Source of the DNA: a virus
Length of the DNA: 64,000 nucleotides
Direction: 5' to 3' (one strand)
Virus record (IMG/VR): IMGVR_UViG_3300032093_000021
Span: 32,001 to 96,000 of that record
The notes beneath the pieces are model-generated. The model did not search any database. It saw nothing but the letters and a program-made list of their open reading frames with translations, and was not told the DNA's origin. Position numbers and translations under genes: made by a program. Numbering within the stretch: the stretch's first letter is position 1; every line of letters starts with the position of its first letter. Below are positions 16,418 through 25,757 of the stretch, in pieces.

Positions 16418-17255
16418 TTAAATATTTTTTCATATCCATTTCAAGGACTGTCCCCATAATTTGTTTGGGTATTCTATACTCCTTGAAATCAGAATCATCC
16501 TGTAGTAATACTATGATACCCCCAAACACCCTCATATTCTCATATTTGGTTCCTTTCATCATCTCAAGGAATAACTTCACATATAAAGGTAATTGAACGT
16601 AATAGTGACCAAGAGCCGTGTCATCAACATCAGTGAATGGATCTTTCATTTTCTTTGTAAATCTATTTGATTCAAAGTTCTTGGGTTTGTTTGTCTTCCA
16701 ATCAGTTATAAGAAGTCCATATTCGGTCTTATCTTTGCTTTCAACTAACCACAACTTATCAGGCTGTCCGGTATATCCCAAATCAGGATGTCCCAAGACA
16801 GTTTCTGTATCAAGTAATGCTACATTCCTCTCTTTCATTAGTTTCAAATACTTTGACCCAGCAGAAATCATACTATCACTTTTCATCATCTGAATTACAT
16901 CACACTCAAATATCGGTTCTCTCACATCTTTGTAGTTATCATACTGCTCAATAAGTTTCTTTTCCAAAACGTAGTGAACCCTTGATCCCATATTTGTTGC
17001 ATATCTTCCGGATGCCGCCCATTCAGCTATTAACTCCTCTTGTTTCTGTGGATCTCCCCCGGATTTATTATATGCCGCTTGTTCAGTTGGAAACTCAGTA
17101 TAAAACTTCTTTAATACCTTTGATACCGATGGATAGTCAGTCCTACCATTCATAGTATAGATATGATCTTCCTCCTTAAAGGTTAGCCCAAACTCCTTTT
17201 GCTTCATGGCAATTGTTTCCCTAATGTCTTTTGCAATTTCGTGTAAATCTCTCAT
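16413..17255 (-). CDS. PD-(D/E)xK exonuclease (Cas4/RecB-like)
   Basis: PSVSKVL, GSRVH, E...GQPDKL, ITDWKTNK, HYYVQLPLY; start MRDLHEI at 17255 overlaps the primase stop (ATGA). Confidence 0.85.
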   Translation of the reverse strand: MRDLHEIAKDIRETIAMKQKEFGLTFKEEDHIYTMNGRTDYPSVSKVLKKFYTEFPTEQAAYNKSGGDPQKQEELIAEWAASGRYATNMGSRVHYVLEKKLIEQYDNYKDVREPIFECDVIQMMKSDSMISAGSKYLKLMKERNVALLDTETVLGHPDLGYTGQPDKLWLVESKDKTEYGLLITDWKTNKPKNFESNRFTKKMKDPFTDVDDTALGHYYVQLPLYVKLFLEMMKGTKYENMRVFGGIIVLLQDDSDFKEYRIPKQIMGTVLEMDMKKYLI

Positions 17256-18148
17256 CTCATTTTGTAATAATAATCGTTTATGTTTCCCCTCAGATCGCAT
17301 ACATCCTTATCCTCGGGTAGTTTAACTATTTTGACTCTATCATATAACGCCCCGCCATTCAGTTCCCTATAAAGCTTAGTAGCGTTCGTCCAGGCGTCAC
17401 CATCAAGACAAATTATAACATTTTTTTTTGACTTCGTATATAAGGACTCAAAAAGATATTCTGATAAATGTTTTCCAAGCATTGGGATTGGATTAGGTAG
17501 GAAGAACGCATCAAACACACCCTCAACAATGTAAATGTCTTCATCCCAATTTATTAGATGTTCGTTGAATATGATCTTGTCTTTCTCAGCTTGAGGGTTC
17601 TTATATTTGAACTTTGTATTACCCCAACTTCTTGCAACATAATAGTTTAGAACATTATTCTGATCATAGGACGGCACAATAATCCTTCCGGAACATTCTC
17701 CTTTATCACAGAATCCGATCTGATACTTCTCAATAATTTCGTCTGTAATACCCCGACTTGATAAATAATTTTTGGCCTGCTTATACACAGGATAGATGGG
17801 GTTTGAATCTTTGAATTTGGTATATCCTTCCGGTAGTGTGAGTTTCTTTGCTTTCTTCTCCCTGACCTTAATCTCTTCAGGCCTTACAAGGAGATATAAC
17901 TTCTTTTGTTTCTTGGTCCCATAGGTGTCAAACAACTTACCCAAAGGTCCGTGAGTTCCTTCAGTATCACCACAACTCCAGCAGTGATAAACCGATTTAT
18001 CCAAGTTAACCTCAAAATTACCTTTACCCCTACCCGCATCACAAACCGGACAGTTATAGGAATACTGGTGAGTGGAGTTATTGGTCTTTTTAGGATCACC
18101 CAAGACCTCTTCCAATAAATTTAATATTACTTCAATTTCTTGTTCCAT
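17252..18148 (-). CDS. dnaG: DNA primase (Zn-finger plus TOPRIM)
   Basis: CPVC...HCWSC Zn finger, YLSSRGI, RIIVP, KYKNP, TOPRIM IVEGVFD and LDGDA, KDVCD. Confidence 0.9.
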   Translation of the reverse strand: MEQEIEVILNLLEEVLGDPKKTNNSTHQYSYNCPVCDAGRGKGNFEVNLDKSVYHCWSCGDTEGTHGPLGKLFDTYGTKKQKKLYLLVRPEEIKVREKKAKKLTLPEGYTKFKDSNPIYPVYKQAKNYLSSRGITDEIIEKYQIGFCDKGECSGRIIVPSYDQNNVLNYYVARSWGNTKFKYKNPQAEKDKIIFNEHLINWDEDIYIVEGVFDAFFLPNPIPMLGKHLSEYLFESLYTKSKKNVIICLDGDAWTNATKLYRELNGGALYDRVKIVKLPEDKDVCDLRGNINDYYYKMR

Positions 18149-18164
18149 TTGTGGATATACACCA

Positions 18165-18196
18165 CAAAAATAAGTATTGTTTGGTAAATTACCAAA
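18165..18196 (-). promoter_or_regulatory. canonical Bacteroidota sigmaA promoter TTTG-N20-TATTTTTG upstream of primase
   Basis: Minus strand TTTG GTAATTTACCAAACAATACT TATTTTTG; both boxes and the spacing fit the -33/-7 consensus. Confidence 0.65.
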
Positions 18197-18782
18197 TCCC
18201 TTTTTCTTTCATATAACCCAAAGCACAAGTGTAAGCATCGCTTTGGTCAAAGTTCTCTTTCTTTAATGTATTATTTTTTGTATAGTGCCAAACGATCTGT
18301 GGTTCCCTTTTCGCCACAAGTTCCCAAATAATCATCTTCTTATCAATATCTTTTGGAAACCCTCCGAATAGAACAAACTTGTTTGCATCATTCTTCTTGA
18401 CAAGATGGGGAAATGCAAATTTTCTTGAATTGTATGTGGATATAAATTGGGGGATAATACCCAACACGTCATATATCTCTCTAAATATTAAAGTATTATA
18501 TCTAAGTAGTGTTCCTACTGTATAAACGTTGTTTGAGTTAAGTAACGGTTCCTCTATTACAACATCAGTAATTCCAAGTTCCTTATACCCGATCAATTTA
18601 CTTCTGAACATCTCGGCTTTTACCAAAAGTTCTTCCATTTTGTTTTCTCTTTTAGGTTTGGGAATTGGTGAAATGTGTGTAAGTTCCAATAGTTCTTTTG
18701 TCTCCATATCAAATAGAGCCCATCCAATAGTTTTGGTTGAAATGTCAAGACCCAATACCTTGGGGTTGTTTTTTATTTCCAT
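18189..18782 (-). CDS. RuvC-like Holliday junction resolvase
   Basis: VLGLDISTKTIGWA, VVIEEP, IDKK, FDQSDAY acidic catalytic set; likely start MEIKNNPK at 18782. Confidence 0.85.
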   Translation of the reverse strand: MEIKNNPKVLGLDISTKTIGWALFDMETKELLELTHISPIPKPKRENKMEELLVKAEMFRSKLIGYKELGITDVVIEEPLLNSNNVYTVGTLLRYNTLIFREIYDVLGIIPQFISTYNSRKFAFPHLVKKNDANKFVLFGGFPKDIDKKMIIWELVAKREPQIVWHYTKNNTLKKENFDQSDAYTCALGYMKEKGIW

Positions 18783-18807
18783 ATTGTAAAATACTAAACT
18801 ATCAAGA

Positions 18808-21024
18808 TTAGAAGTCAAGTTTAACTGCAATTTGTTGAGTGCCTTGCCTTAACACCGGTGATTGAAGTTTTGTCACAACTACTAAGTCTTTATCAACATC
18901 ATATAATCCAACTTCTGAAATATAAGAAGGTGAACCAGATTTCCATGTAGGGTTACTTGTATTTGTGAATTGAGTTTGTGAAAGATTCACTAAGAACTTC
19001 ATCTCATAAATTGTAGCTTGAATATCGGTCTCTATATTTCCATAGAAAAAATATTCGTCACCAAATGTTAATTTGTCCTTTTCTAACGGGAAAGGATCTG
19101 GTAAATCAATAAAATTATCTAAATTATAAGTTGGTGCGTTTTGATAAGCATTGTGACTTATTGTAAAAGTCGTACCGGTCATCCCACTCACCGTGATATA
19201 ACCATTAATACTTGAACCTGAAAGTTGATTTGTGAAATCAAGTAATTTCCAAGATGAAGAATTTGGTCTTGTTTTTGTGTCACCTGTTTGAACTAATATT
19301 TGAAACTGTTGAGCATTGAATCCTTGCATACAACAATCAGTCAAAAATGGAAACTCATTTCCAAATTTAACCGTTACGTCTTGTCTTTGGTTGGTGTAAC
19401 ATGTCTGTGGACCGGTTATTTTACTATAATAATTACAATGTAGTGAATTAGTGAATGCGGAGGAACTGAATCTATAGGTAAGATACAAAACCTGATTTTC
19501 ATTACCAAGTAAGCCTATGTCGTCATTATTATCATCACATACATTAGGAACAACTAAAGACAATTTTGGAGCTGGTAAAGTCCAGTTTCTGTTTGATTTA
19601 TAACTCATCGCGGCAATTATTTCATCATCATCAAAAACAATTTGTTTCAAATCAGGAAATACTTTACCTACTCTACTTGGATTACCATCACCATTAAGAT
19701 GGGTATCCCAAAGATGGAAATATCTCAATCCGGGTTCGTTCATATCATTGTTTTTGGATGATTGAAGATATCTTACATCAAAATAATTTGCATTACCAAC
19801 ATTAGGATCAACATAAAAAGTTTCGCCTATCGTTTTAGTAGATGATTTATGCCACATCAACCATGGTATTGTTACCTTGAAGTTTCTCGCCATTCCCAAA
19901 GTATCCACTGCTAAAGGATCAAAAGGCTCCATTGCAAATTTCTCACCATAAAAACTATCAATCGCATTGTTTGTATAATGCACTATAGCAATTGATTTTT
20001 GTTCTTCAGGTTCCAAATAAATTTTTTCATCATATGAGTTATAAAAAAATGTATCCGTACTCTGAGCATTCAAGGTGTTGTTAATATAAAAAGTTTGTCC
20101 TGACTTATTTTGGTATCCGAAATATTCTTTACTCCCAATATACTCTCTTGACCCGAAATTTCTAAAATCTTCATTTAATGATGGGTTGATGCCAGCCGGG
20201 TTTTCCGACCAAACGATGTTCATATTCCAAATTTTAACGTCAGTGTTTCCCAAATCACATATTGACTCAAAATTAATAACATCAGGAGGCCAATAACCCA
20301 TTGGGGTGTTATAGTCATAAATTTCAGTAATTCCCGACGGATAAAATAATATTTTCGCATCTTTGCAACATGTTGCTGAGTTATAATATTTTGGTATTTC
20401 TCTATCAAATTTTACAATAGTTCCTCCTGTAGTTGCACTCACCTCTTGAACTTTATAAGTGAGTATTGGTATGTTCTTATTTATGTTACCACAATGTCCG
20501 GATGCATCAAAATATATGACCGCAAAATCTCCAACTTTTGGTGTTCCTGTTGTTGGACTACAAAATGAATTTTGAAGATAATATCCGTTAACATTACAAT
20601 TCAAACATGAATTTATTTTATAATTTGAATTAACAGTATACGCAGAGGTTGTTTTTGCACTCCAAGGTATTGTATTACCTGTTTCAAAAAAACCTCTGGG
20701 TGCCGCTGTATTGTAAACTGAATCAATCTGCGAATCCATGGTGGCAATTCCATAAGTAGAACCTGTTGCACCATTAACATAATAAGGATACTTGACATTC
20801 ATCTTATTGGCTTGTGGTTCTTGTGTAATGTTTTGAGCGTTGTAGGCCGCCTCCAAAATTACATTATTAGCCTGATCATAACCGGGTATTGAGTTATATG
20901 AAAGTTCACTATCTCCAACCTGAAAGTATCTTATATCTAATTTACCTTGTGAAAGTTTTTGTCTACCTACATCTGTAAATCTTGTATTTAATAATCCTGA
21001 TGTATTTTTAATGATGTACGCCAT
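18808..21024 (-). CDS. virion structural protein (tail collar/fibre-attachment-like)
   Basis: N-terminal FTDVGRQKLSQG and C-terminal YISEVGLYDVDKDLVVVTKL...VKLDF resemble the two halves of tail-collar-fibre domains. Confidence 0.55.
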   Translation of the reverse strand: MAYIIKNTSGLLNTRFTDVGRQKLSQGKLDIRYFQVGDSELSYNSIPGYDQANNVILEAAYNAQNITQEPQANKMNVKYPYYVNGATGSTYGIATMDSQIDSVYNTAAPRGFFETGNTIPWSAKTTSAYTVNSNYKINSCLNCNVNGYYLQNSFCSPTTGTPKVGDFAVIYFDASGHCGNINKNIPILTYKVQEVSATTGGTIVKFDREIPKYYNSATCCKDAKILFYPSGITEIYDYNTPMGYWPPDVINFESICDLGNTDVKIWNMNIVWSENPAGINPSLNEDFRNFGSREYIGSKEYFGYQNKSGQTFYINNTLNAQSTDTFFYNSYDEKIYLEPEEQKSIAIVHYTNNAIDSFYGEKFAMEPFDPLAVDTLGMARNFKVTIPWLMWHKSSTKTIGETFYVDPNVGNANYFDVRYLQSSKNNDMNEPGLRYFHLWDTHLNGDGNPSRVGKVFPDLKQIVFDDDEIIAAMSYKSNRNWTLPAPKLSLVVPNVCDDNNDDIGLLGNENQVLYLTYRFSSSAFTNSLHCNYYSKITGPQTCYTNQRQDVTVKFGNEFPFLTDCCMQGFNAQQFQILVQTGDTKTRPNSSSWKLLDFTNQLSGSSINGYITVSGMTGTTFTISHNAYQNAPTYNLDNFIDLPDPFPLEKDKLTFGDEYFFYGNIETDIQATIYEMKFLVNLSQTQFTNTSNPTWKSGSPSYISEVGLYDVDKDLVVVTKLQSPVLRQGTQQIAVKLDF

Positions 21025-21041
21025 ATTGGATAAATATTATG

Positions 21042-22367
21042 TTATTGAAAAATTTGTGGACTCTGATTTATGATAACTTGATTTTCTTCCATCTCACAAC
21101 AATCACAACTATATTCAATTTCATCAAAATATGATAGAATTCCAAGTTGAGCCTTCGTAAAACATGGCCCAACTAAAGAACCACTTTGTTGTGTATCTAT
21201 TCCGTAAACAAATCTAACAAGAAAAGAGTCATTTTTTTCTAGTGTAATTTGCCCAGTACTATACTGTCGGACACCGGACAATACAGAATATGTTGGATTA
21301 CAATCGGAGGGGAATACAACGCTTAATGGTTGATTCAAAATTTCATTTACCGGTTGATTAATACTATTTTTTTGGACAGTGTTTCCTGTAGTGTCAAAAT
21401 AAGCAACACCAGGTTGAGAATATGATAAATCATATTGAATCACATAATTAAAAGTGATATTCTCACCTACCGGGATCAAAGATGTATCATAAACTACCTC
21501 CGCCTCATAGTATTGTATAAATCCTATTTTTGAAAGTTGTTTGAGGGTAGTTGATTGCGATTGAACAGAAAATTTATTTACCGGAGGTGAATCAACAACC
21601 ACAACCTCACTCAATAATGTATTATTTGAGCTTTTAGCATATACTGTGTATGTACCAGGTAATAAACTGTTAAAAACACCTAAATTTTGGAAATTACTAT
21701 TATCCAAGGAATATTGCCAGCTACCGGTACTCCCCAATGCTGTTGCAAAAATTGAACCATTTGCCGATTTACAATCAGCATCATAACTTATCGCATTAAG
21801 AAAACTGAATGTTGATACAAAAGAACTACAAGTCCCCGTTTGCGATACCACAACAAAATCGCCTGATGAAGAACCTACAGCATTCCAATTTGTTTGAGGT
21901 ATCTCATCAAAATCAGTGGATCTGAAAACACACCCTTTATTCGTATATCCAGAAAAATCCCAATAACCATTAGTATTCCATACCAAACTACCTGAGTTTC
22001 CGGAATACACAGGTTTTGTATTTATCGTAGTATTATTATAACAAAAATCAAAGTTAGATTGTGTTGAATTTTCCAAGTCAAATATCAATAAACAAATACA
22101 CGGATAAACGTTATCCTCGGGCTCTAGTTCAAAAACAACTTGATTTTTACATTTTTTACCATTGTTGTATAAAATTAAACTATTTACATTGCTTGGAGTT
22201 TTCACTAATACACCTGTTGTTGATAGTAAACTTAAGGACAATCCCGATAAGTTTGCATTAGTTGGGTACTCTTTCGCTATGAATGCCGGATTTACTATAT
22301 CATAATATATTGAGTATAATCCTGGCGACGTTCCTCCTGTAATTTTTATTTGATAAAATCTATCCAT
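21042..22367 (-). CDS. putative fibre/adhesin protein with SprB-like repeat
   Basis: C...NGSI...A.G..G.WQYSLD...Q...F..LLPGTYTVY SprB-type repeat; S/T/N/C-rich beta composition. Confidence 0.6.
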   Translation of the reverse strand: MDRFYQIKITGGTSPGLYSIYYDIVNPAFIAKEYPTNANLSGLSLSLLSTTGVLVKTPSNVNSLILYNNGKKCKNQVVFELEPEDNVYPCICLLIFDLENSTQSNFDFCYNNTTINTKPVYSGNSGSLVWNTNGYWDFSGYTNKGCVFRSTDFDEIPQTNWNAVGSSSGDFVVVSQTGTCSSFVSTFSFLNAISYDADCKSANGSIFATALGSTGSWQYSLDNSNFQNLGVFNSLLPGTYTVYAKSSNNTLLSEVVVVDSPPVNKFSVQSQSTTLKQLSKIGFIQYYEAEVVYDTSLIPVGENITFNYVIQYDLSYSQPGVAYFDTTGNTVQKNSINQPVNEILNQPLSVVFPSDCNPTYSVLSGVRQYSTGQITLEKNDSFLVRFVYGIDTQQSGSLVGPCFTKAQLGILSYFDEIEYSCDCCEMEENQVIINQSPQIFQ

Positions 22368-22371
22368 GTTA

Positions 22372-24153
22372 TTATATTAAACCATTATCTATTATTATCC
22401 AATTATTAGGTGCCGAAGTTAAAATACTTTTAGCAGAACTTGCGATGTTGTTGTAGTTCTGTGAAACATTCATCTGAACATTCGGTTTCAGAGTCAATAC
22501 TGACCAATCTATTAACAGATTATTGTAGTTTGTTATACTAAAACTACTTCCTGATAAAAATCCACTCAAGTTTGTAACATTTATTGGTTTCCATGTTTGT
22601 AAAGTTTGGTTAAAATTTGAAGAATTTCTAAACATATCCTCCATTGTAGTTACACCTGTGACATTCCAAGTTGATAGATCTTTGTTAAATTGTGAAGCTC
22701 CTTCAAACATACTTTCCATAGTCGTAACTTTAGATACATCCCACGATCCAATTGGTTGATTAAATGAAACAGCATTTGTAAATACCCCTTCCATCAAAGT
22801 GACAGCACTTGTAGTCCAACCACTTATATTGGGGGATCCTAAATTATTAAAGATTGATGCCCCATTAAACATATTTCTGAATGTTTTAACATTACTTACA
22901 TCCCAATTACTCAAATCCTGATTAAACATAACCGCACTTCCAAACATTGATCTCAAACCTTGACTGAAACCACAACAAGTATTCACTTTTTTTACATTCC
23001 AATTACCTAATGGTTGATTAAATTTGTCTGTTGAGAAAAACATATGTCCCATCTCTTCAGCCGATGAAGTATTCCAATTATTTATAGTTGGAGACGAATT
23101 ATTGTTGAATTTTTTTGCATCATGGAACATATAACCAAAGAATTTTACTTTTGAAACATTCCATTTTCCAATGTTCCTATTAAAGTTATATGCATTATAA
23201 AACATATAATTCATTTTAGTTACACTTGATGTGTCCCAATCATTTATTGTATCACTTCCGTTATTGTCAAAATTTGTTGCCCCTGCAAACATAAATTGCA
23301 TATCAGCACAAAATAATGTTTTCCAATTCCCTATATTTTTATTAAATTGAGTTGCACTTTCAAACATGCTTTGCATCGTGGTTACATTGTTTGTTGTCCA
23401 ACCACTTAAGTCTGAATTGAAAACAGTTGCATTTTTGAAGGTATAACTCATGTTATTTACCTTTGAAGTGTCCCATTGGCTTACCTTATTTATACTTGAT
23501 AGACTTGTACACGACTCAAATAAACTTGAAAACGATGTCATACCTGAAGTGTTTAGGGTATCAACAACATTCGGAATATTGAGATTGGTACAAGCCGAAA
23601 AATGCCCTGTTGAATTCCCGAGCTGTATGGGTCCCCACTTTAAAATTTCCAATAATTTTAATCTATCGGAAGGATCTATTTTATAGTTCCACCCTATAAA
23701 GTTACCCGGAAAACTATAAATTTTTATTTCATATACACCAGTTGATGCATAGGTATGTGTTTTTTTAACATCATTCCAATTTTTTATATTATCCCAAGGC
23801 CCCCCATCTCCCCAATCAACATATATGTCGTAAATACCTGAAGATATTAGTGGTAATTTCACTTGATTATTACTGGTTGTTCCGGGTTTGGTTGTATCTA
23901 TTTTGAAATGAAAATATTGCGGTTCTTCAATTTCTATTTCAGCGCATAGATTGTTATTGTCTACAATTTTGAGTTTTGTGGTGCCAATAGGTATATTATT
24001 TAAGATCAATGGACAATTTGGTAACGTCAATTGAGAAACAGTCGTTGAGGTTATTTCAGAGATATAATAATCCTGATTGCCATAAATGACTATAGGATCT
24101 ACCAAGTTATTGGCACCAATATCATCCAAACAAATTGCAACTTCAAATGTCAT
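22372..24153 (-). CDS. BspA-family (DUF285) leucine-rich-repeat protein with PKD-like domain
   Basis: VDWGDG...THTY...GVYEIKI PKD-like motif, then many WxVSxVxxMxxMFxxAxxFNxxL/I repeats. Confidence 0.9.
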   Translation of the reverse strand: MTFEVAICLDDIGANNLVDPIVIYGNQDYYISEITSTTVSQLTLPNCPLILNNIPIGTTKLKIVDNNNLCAEIEIEEPQYFHFKIDTTKPGTTSNNQVKLPLISSGIYDIYVDWGDGGPWDNIKNWNDVKKTHTYASTGVYEIKIYSFPGNFIGWNYKIDPSDRLKLLEILKWGPIQLGNSTGHFSACTNLNIPNVVDTLNTSGMTSFSSLFESCTSLSSINKVSQWDTSKVNNMSYTFKNATVFNSDLSGWTTNNVTTMQSMFESATQFNKNIGNWKTLFCADMQFMFAGATNFDNNGSDTINDWDTSSVTKMNYMFYNAYNFNRNIGKWNVSKVKFFGYMFHDAKKFNNNSSPTINNWNTSSAEEMGHMFFSTDKFNQPLGNWNVKKVNTCCGFSQGLRSMFGSAVMFNQDLSNWDVSNVKTFRNMFNGASIFNNLGSPNISGWTTSAVTLMEGVFTNAVSFNQPIGSWDVSKVTTMESMFEGASQFNKDLSTWNVTGVTTMEDMFRNSSNFNQTLQTWKPINVTNLSGFLSGSSFSITNYNNLLIDWSVLTLKPNVQMNVSQNYNNIASSAKSILTSAPNNWIIIDNGLI

Positions 24154-24155
24154 AT

Positions 24156-25523
24156 TTATCCTATTTTGAAAACATATCCGTTTATTCCTGTTGAATTATT
24201 ACAACTCAAATGTTTCTTTTGGTTGATTGATGCTTTGAAGTCGCAATTCACAATTTCAATAATAGTACAAAATTCTTTCTTAATGAAATCTCCATACTTG
24301 TCAATTACTTCAATCAAATATGTCCCTTCAGGTTGTCCGACCAAGGTTTTTTGGTTTACTTTGTCTCCTGATGGTGTTGTCCAAGTGTAACTATAAGGCT
24401 GTGTCCCACCTGTGACATTTACTGATAATACACCTAAAGTTGTGCTTGTTTGGTTAATAACATTACAACTAATCCCCATTTCAAGAATTGTTATAATTTC
24501 ACACCCTGTTGCTGTAGATCCTGGTGGTATTGGAGATGGTGCTGATGAGCAATCTTGACACTCCAAATCATTACAATCTGATGTGATTATAACACCACCT
24601 ATGTCATTTAGGTTAATTACCTTTGTTTGTGGTGATGGTTCGGGTATAACAGTATAACAGAAATTAGATGGATTTATACTTAAAGTAAATCCAATATTAT
24701 ATTTGGTTCCTGATACTAATTTATATATTAAATTATCACAACAACCTGAAACATAATTACTTTTTGGAATAACAGGGATAACTGGATTACAGACTGAGTT
24801 ATTACATCCGTTCGCCAAAATACTGCCGGCGGTTGCAATGGATGGAGATGGTGAATCAGCCGCTATTAGAGAATAACATTGTCCACTCAATAAAACAGTG
24901 TCACCAATTTTATAAACATTAGATTCCGGTATACTAAGTATAACAATATCATTTGTCTTACAATTTTCAAATGGGTGATCTCCTTCCGCAACGTAACAAT
25001 TTGTATTATCTTGAAGACAAGAATCACAATCCTTAAATCCGTATTTACCTATTACATTATTTACCGATAAAGTCGGAACTGATACCACAACAGGTGTCAC
25101 AACTTCAAAGCATTGAGTAAATACATTAAAATTTTGATCGGTAACTTGTAAGTTCAATACCATTCCAACAGGTGCCGCAAAACCCAAAATTGTTGTTAAA
25201 TTATTAGCCTTAAAAATGGTTATTTCATCACCACAACATTTTTTCAAATATACACTCGTTGAACAAAAATCAACTTGATACAAAGCTGGATTTGGAGTAC
25301 TCAAAGAATATGGTCTGAATTTATTTTCAGAAGCAAGGTATCCTGATTCACCTAATGTTATTGTGCATGCCGAATTAGTAAAAGCTGTGCAGTTTACTAT
25401 CAAATTAGGATCGTCATCAAAATTACAACTCAAATAATAGTCATATGAATTAACCCAATAGTTAACGCACGCAACTTGTTGTGAATCTATGTCAAACCCT
25501 AACTTTGTTTTAATACACGACAT
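24156..25523 (-). CDS. Cys-rich putative fibre/adhesin protein with C-terminal SprB-like repeat
   Basis: Repeated CC/CxxC modules; GVLSVNVTGGTQPYSYTW...GTYLIEVID. Confidence 0.6.
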   Translation of the reverse strand: MSCIKTKLGFDIDSQQVACVNYWVNSYDYYLSCNFDDDPNLIVNCTAFTNSACTITLGESGYLASENKFRPYSLSTPNPALYQVDFCSTSVYLKKCCGDEITIFKANNLTTILGFAAPVGMVLNLQVTDQNFNVFTQCFEVVTPVVVSVPTLSVNNVIGKYGFKDCDSCLQDNTNCYVAEGDHPFENCKTNDIVILSIPESNVYKIGDTVLLSGQCYSLIAADSPSPSIATAGSILANGCNNSVCNPVIPVIPKSNYVSGCCDNLIYKLVSGTKYNIGFTLSINPSNFCYTVIPEPSPQTKVINLNDIGGVIITSDCNDLECQDCSSAPSPIPPGSTATGCEIITILEMGISCNVINQTSTTLGVLSVNVTGGTQPYSYTWTTPSGDKVNQKTLVGQPEGTYLIEVIDKYGDFIKKEFCTIIEIVNCDFKASINQKKHLSCNNSTGINGYVFKIG

Positions 25524-25744
25524 TATATGTTAACTTTGTTTTTTATTTCACACTCGTTATTATCAATCACTTTTATACCGACCTCAGTTAATGATAAATA
25601 GGGTGCTGGTACTAAAAATTGATATGGAATATTCACATTGTTTATAGTTGAAATGAAAATACAATTACCATATGTATTATCGCACAAATAGACATCGTAA
25701 GGTGATGATCCGCTTAAAGATGTTATGGTTATTAATTTTGACAT
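25523..25744 (-). CDS. small stand-alone beta domain homologous to the N-terminus of neighbouring fibre proteins
   Basis: ITITSLSGSSPYDVYLCD...IKVIDNNEC is similar to [18 protein letters not shown]...IKVIDSFGC at 32628. Confidence 0.7.
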   Translation of the reverse strand: MSKLITITSLSGSSPYDVYLCDNTYGNCIFISTINNVNIPYQFLVPAPYLSLTEVGIKVIDNNECEIKNKVNI

Positions 25745-25757
25745 ATTTTATAATTTT

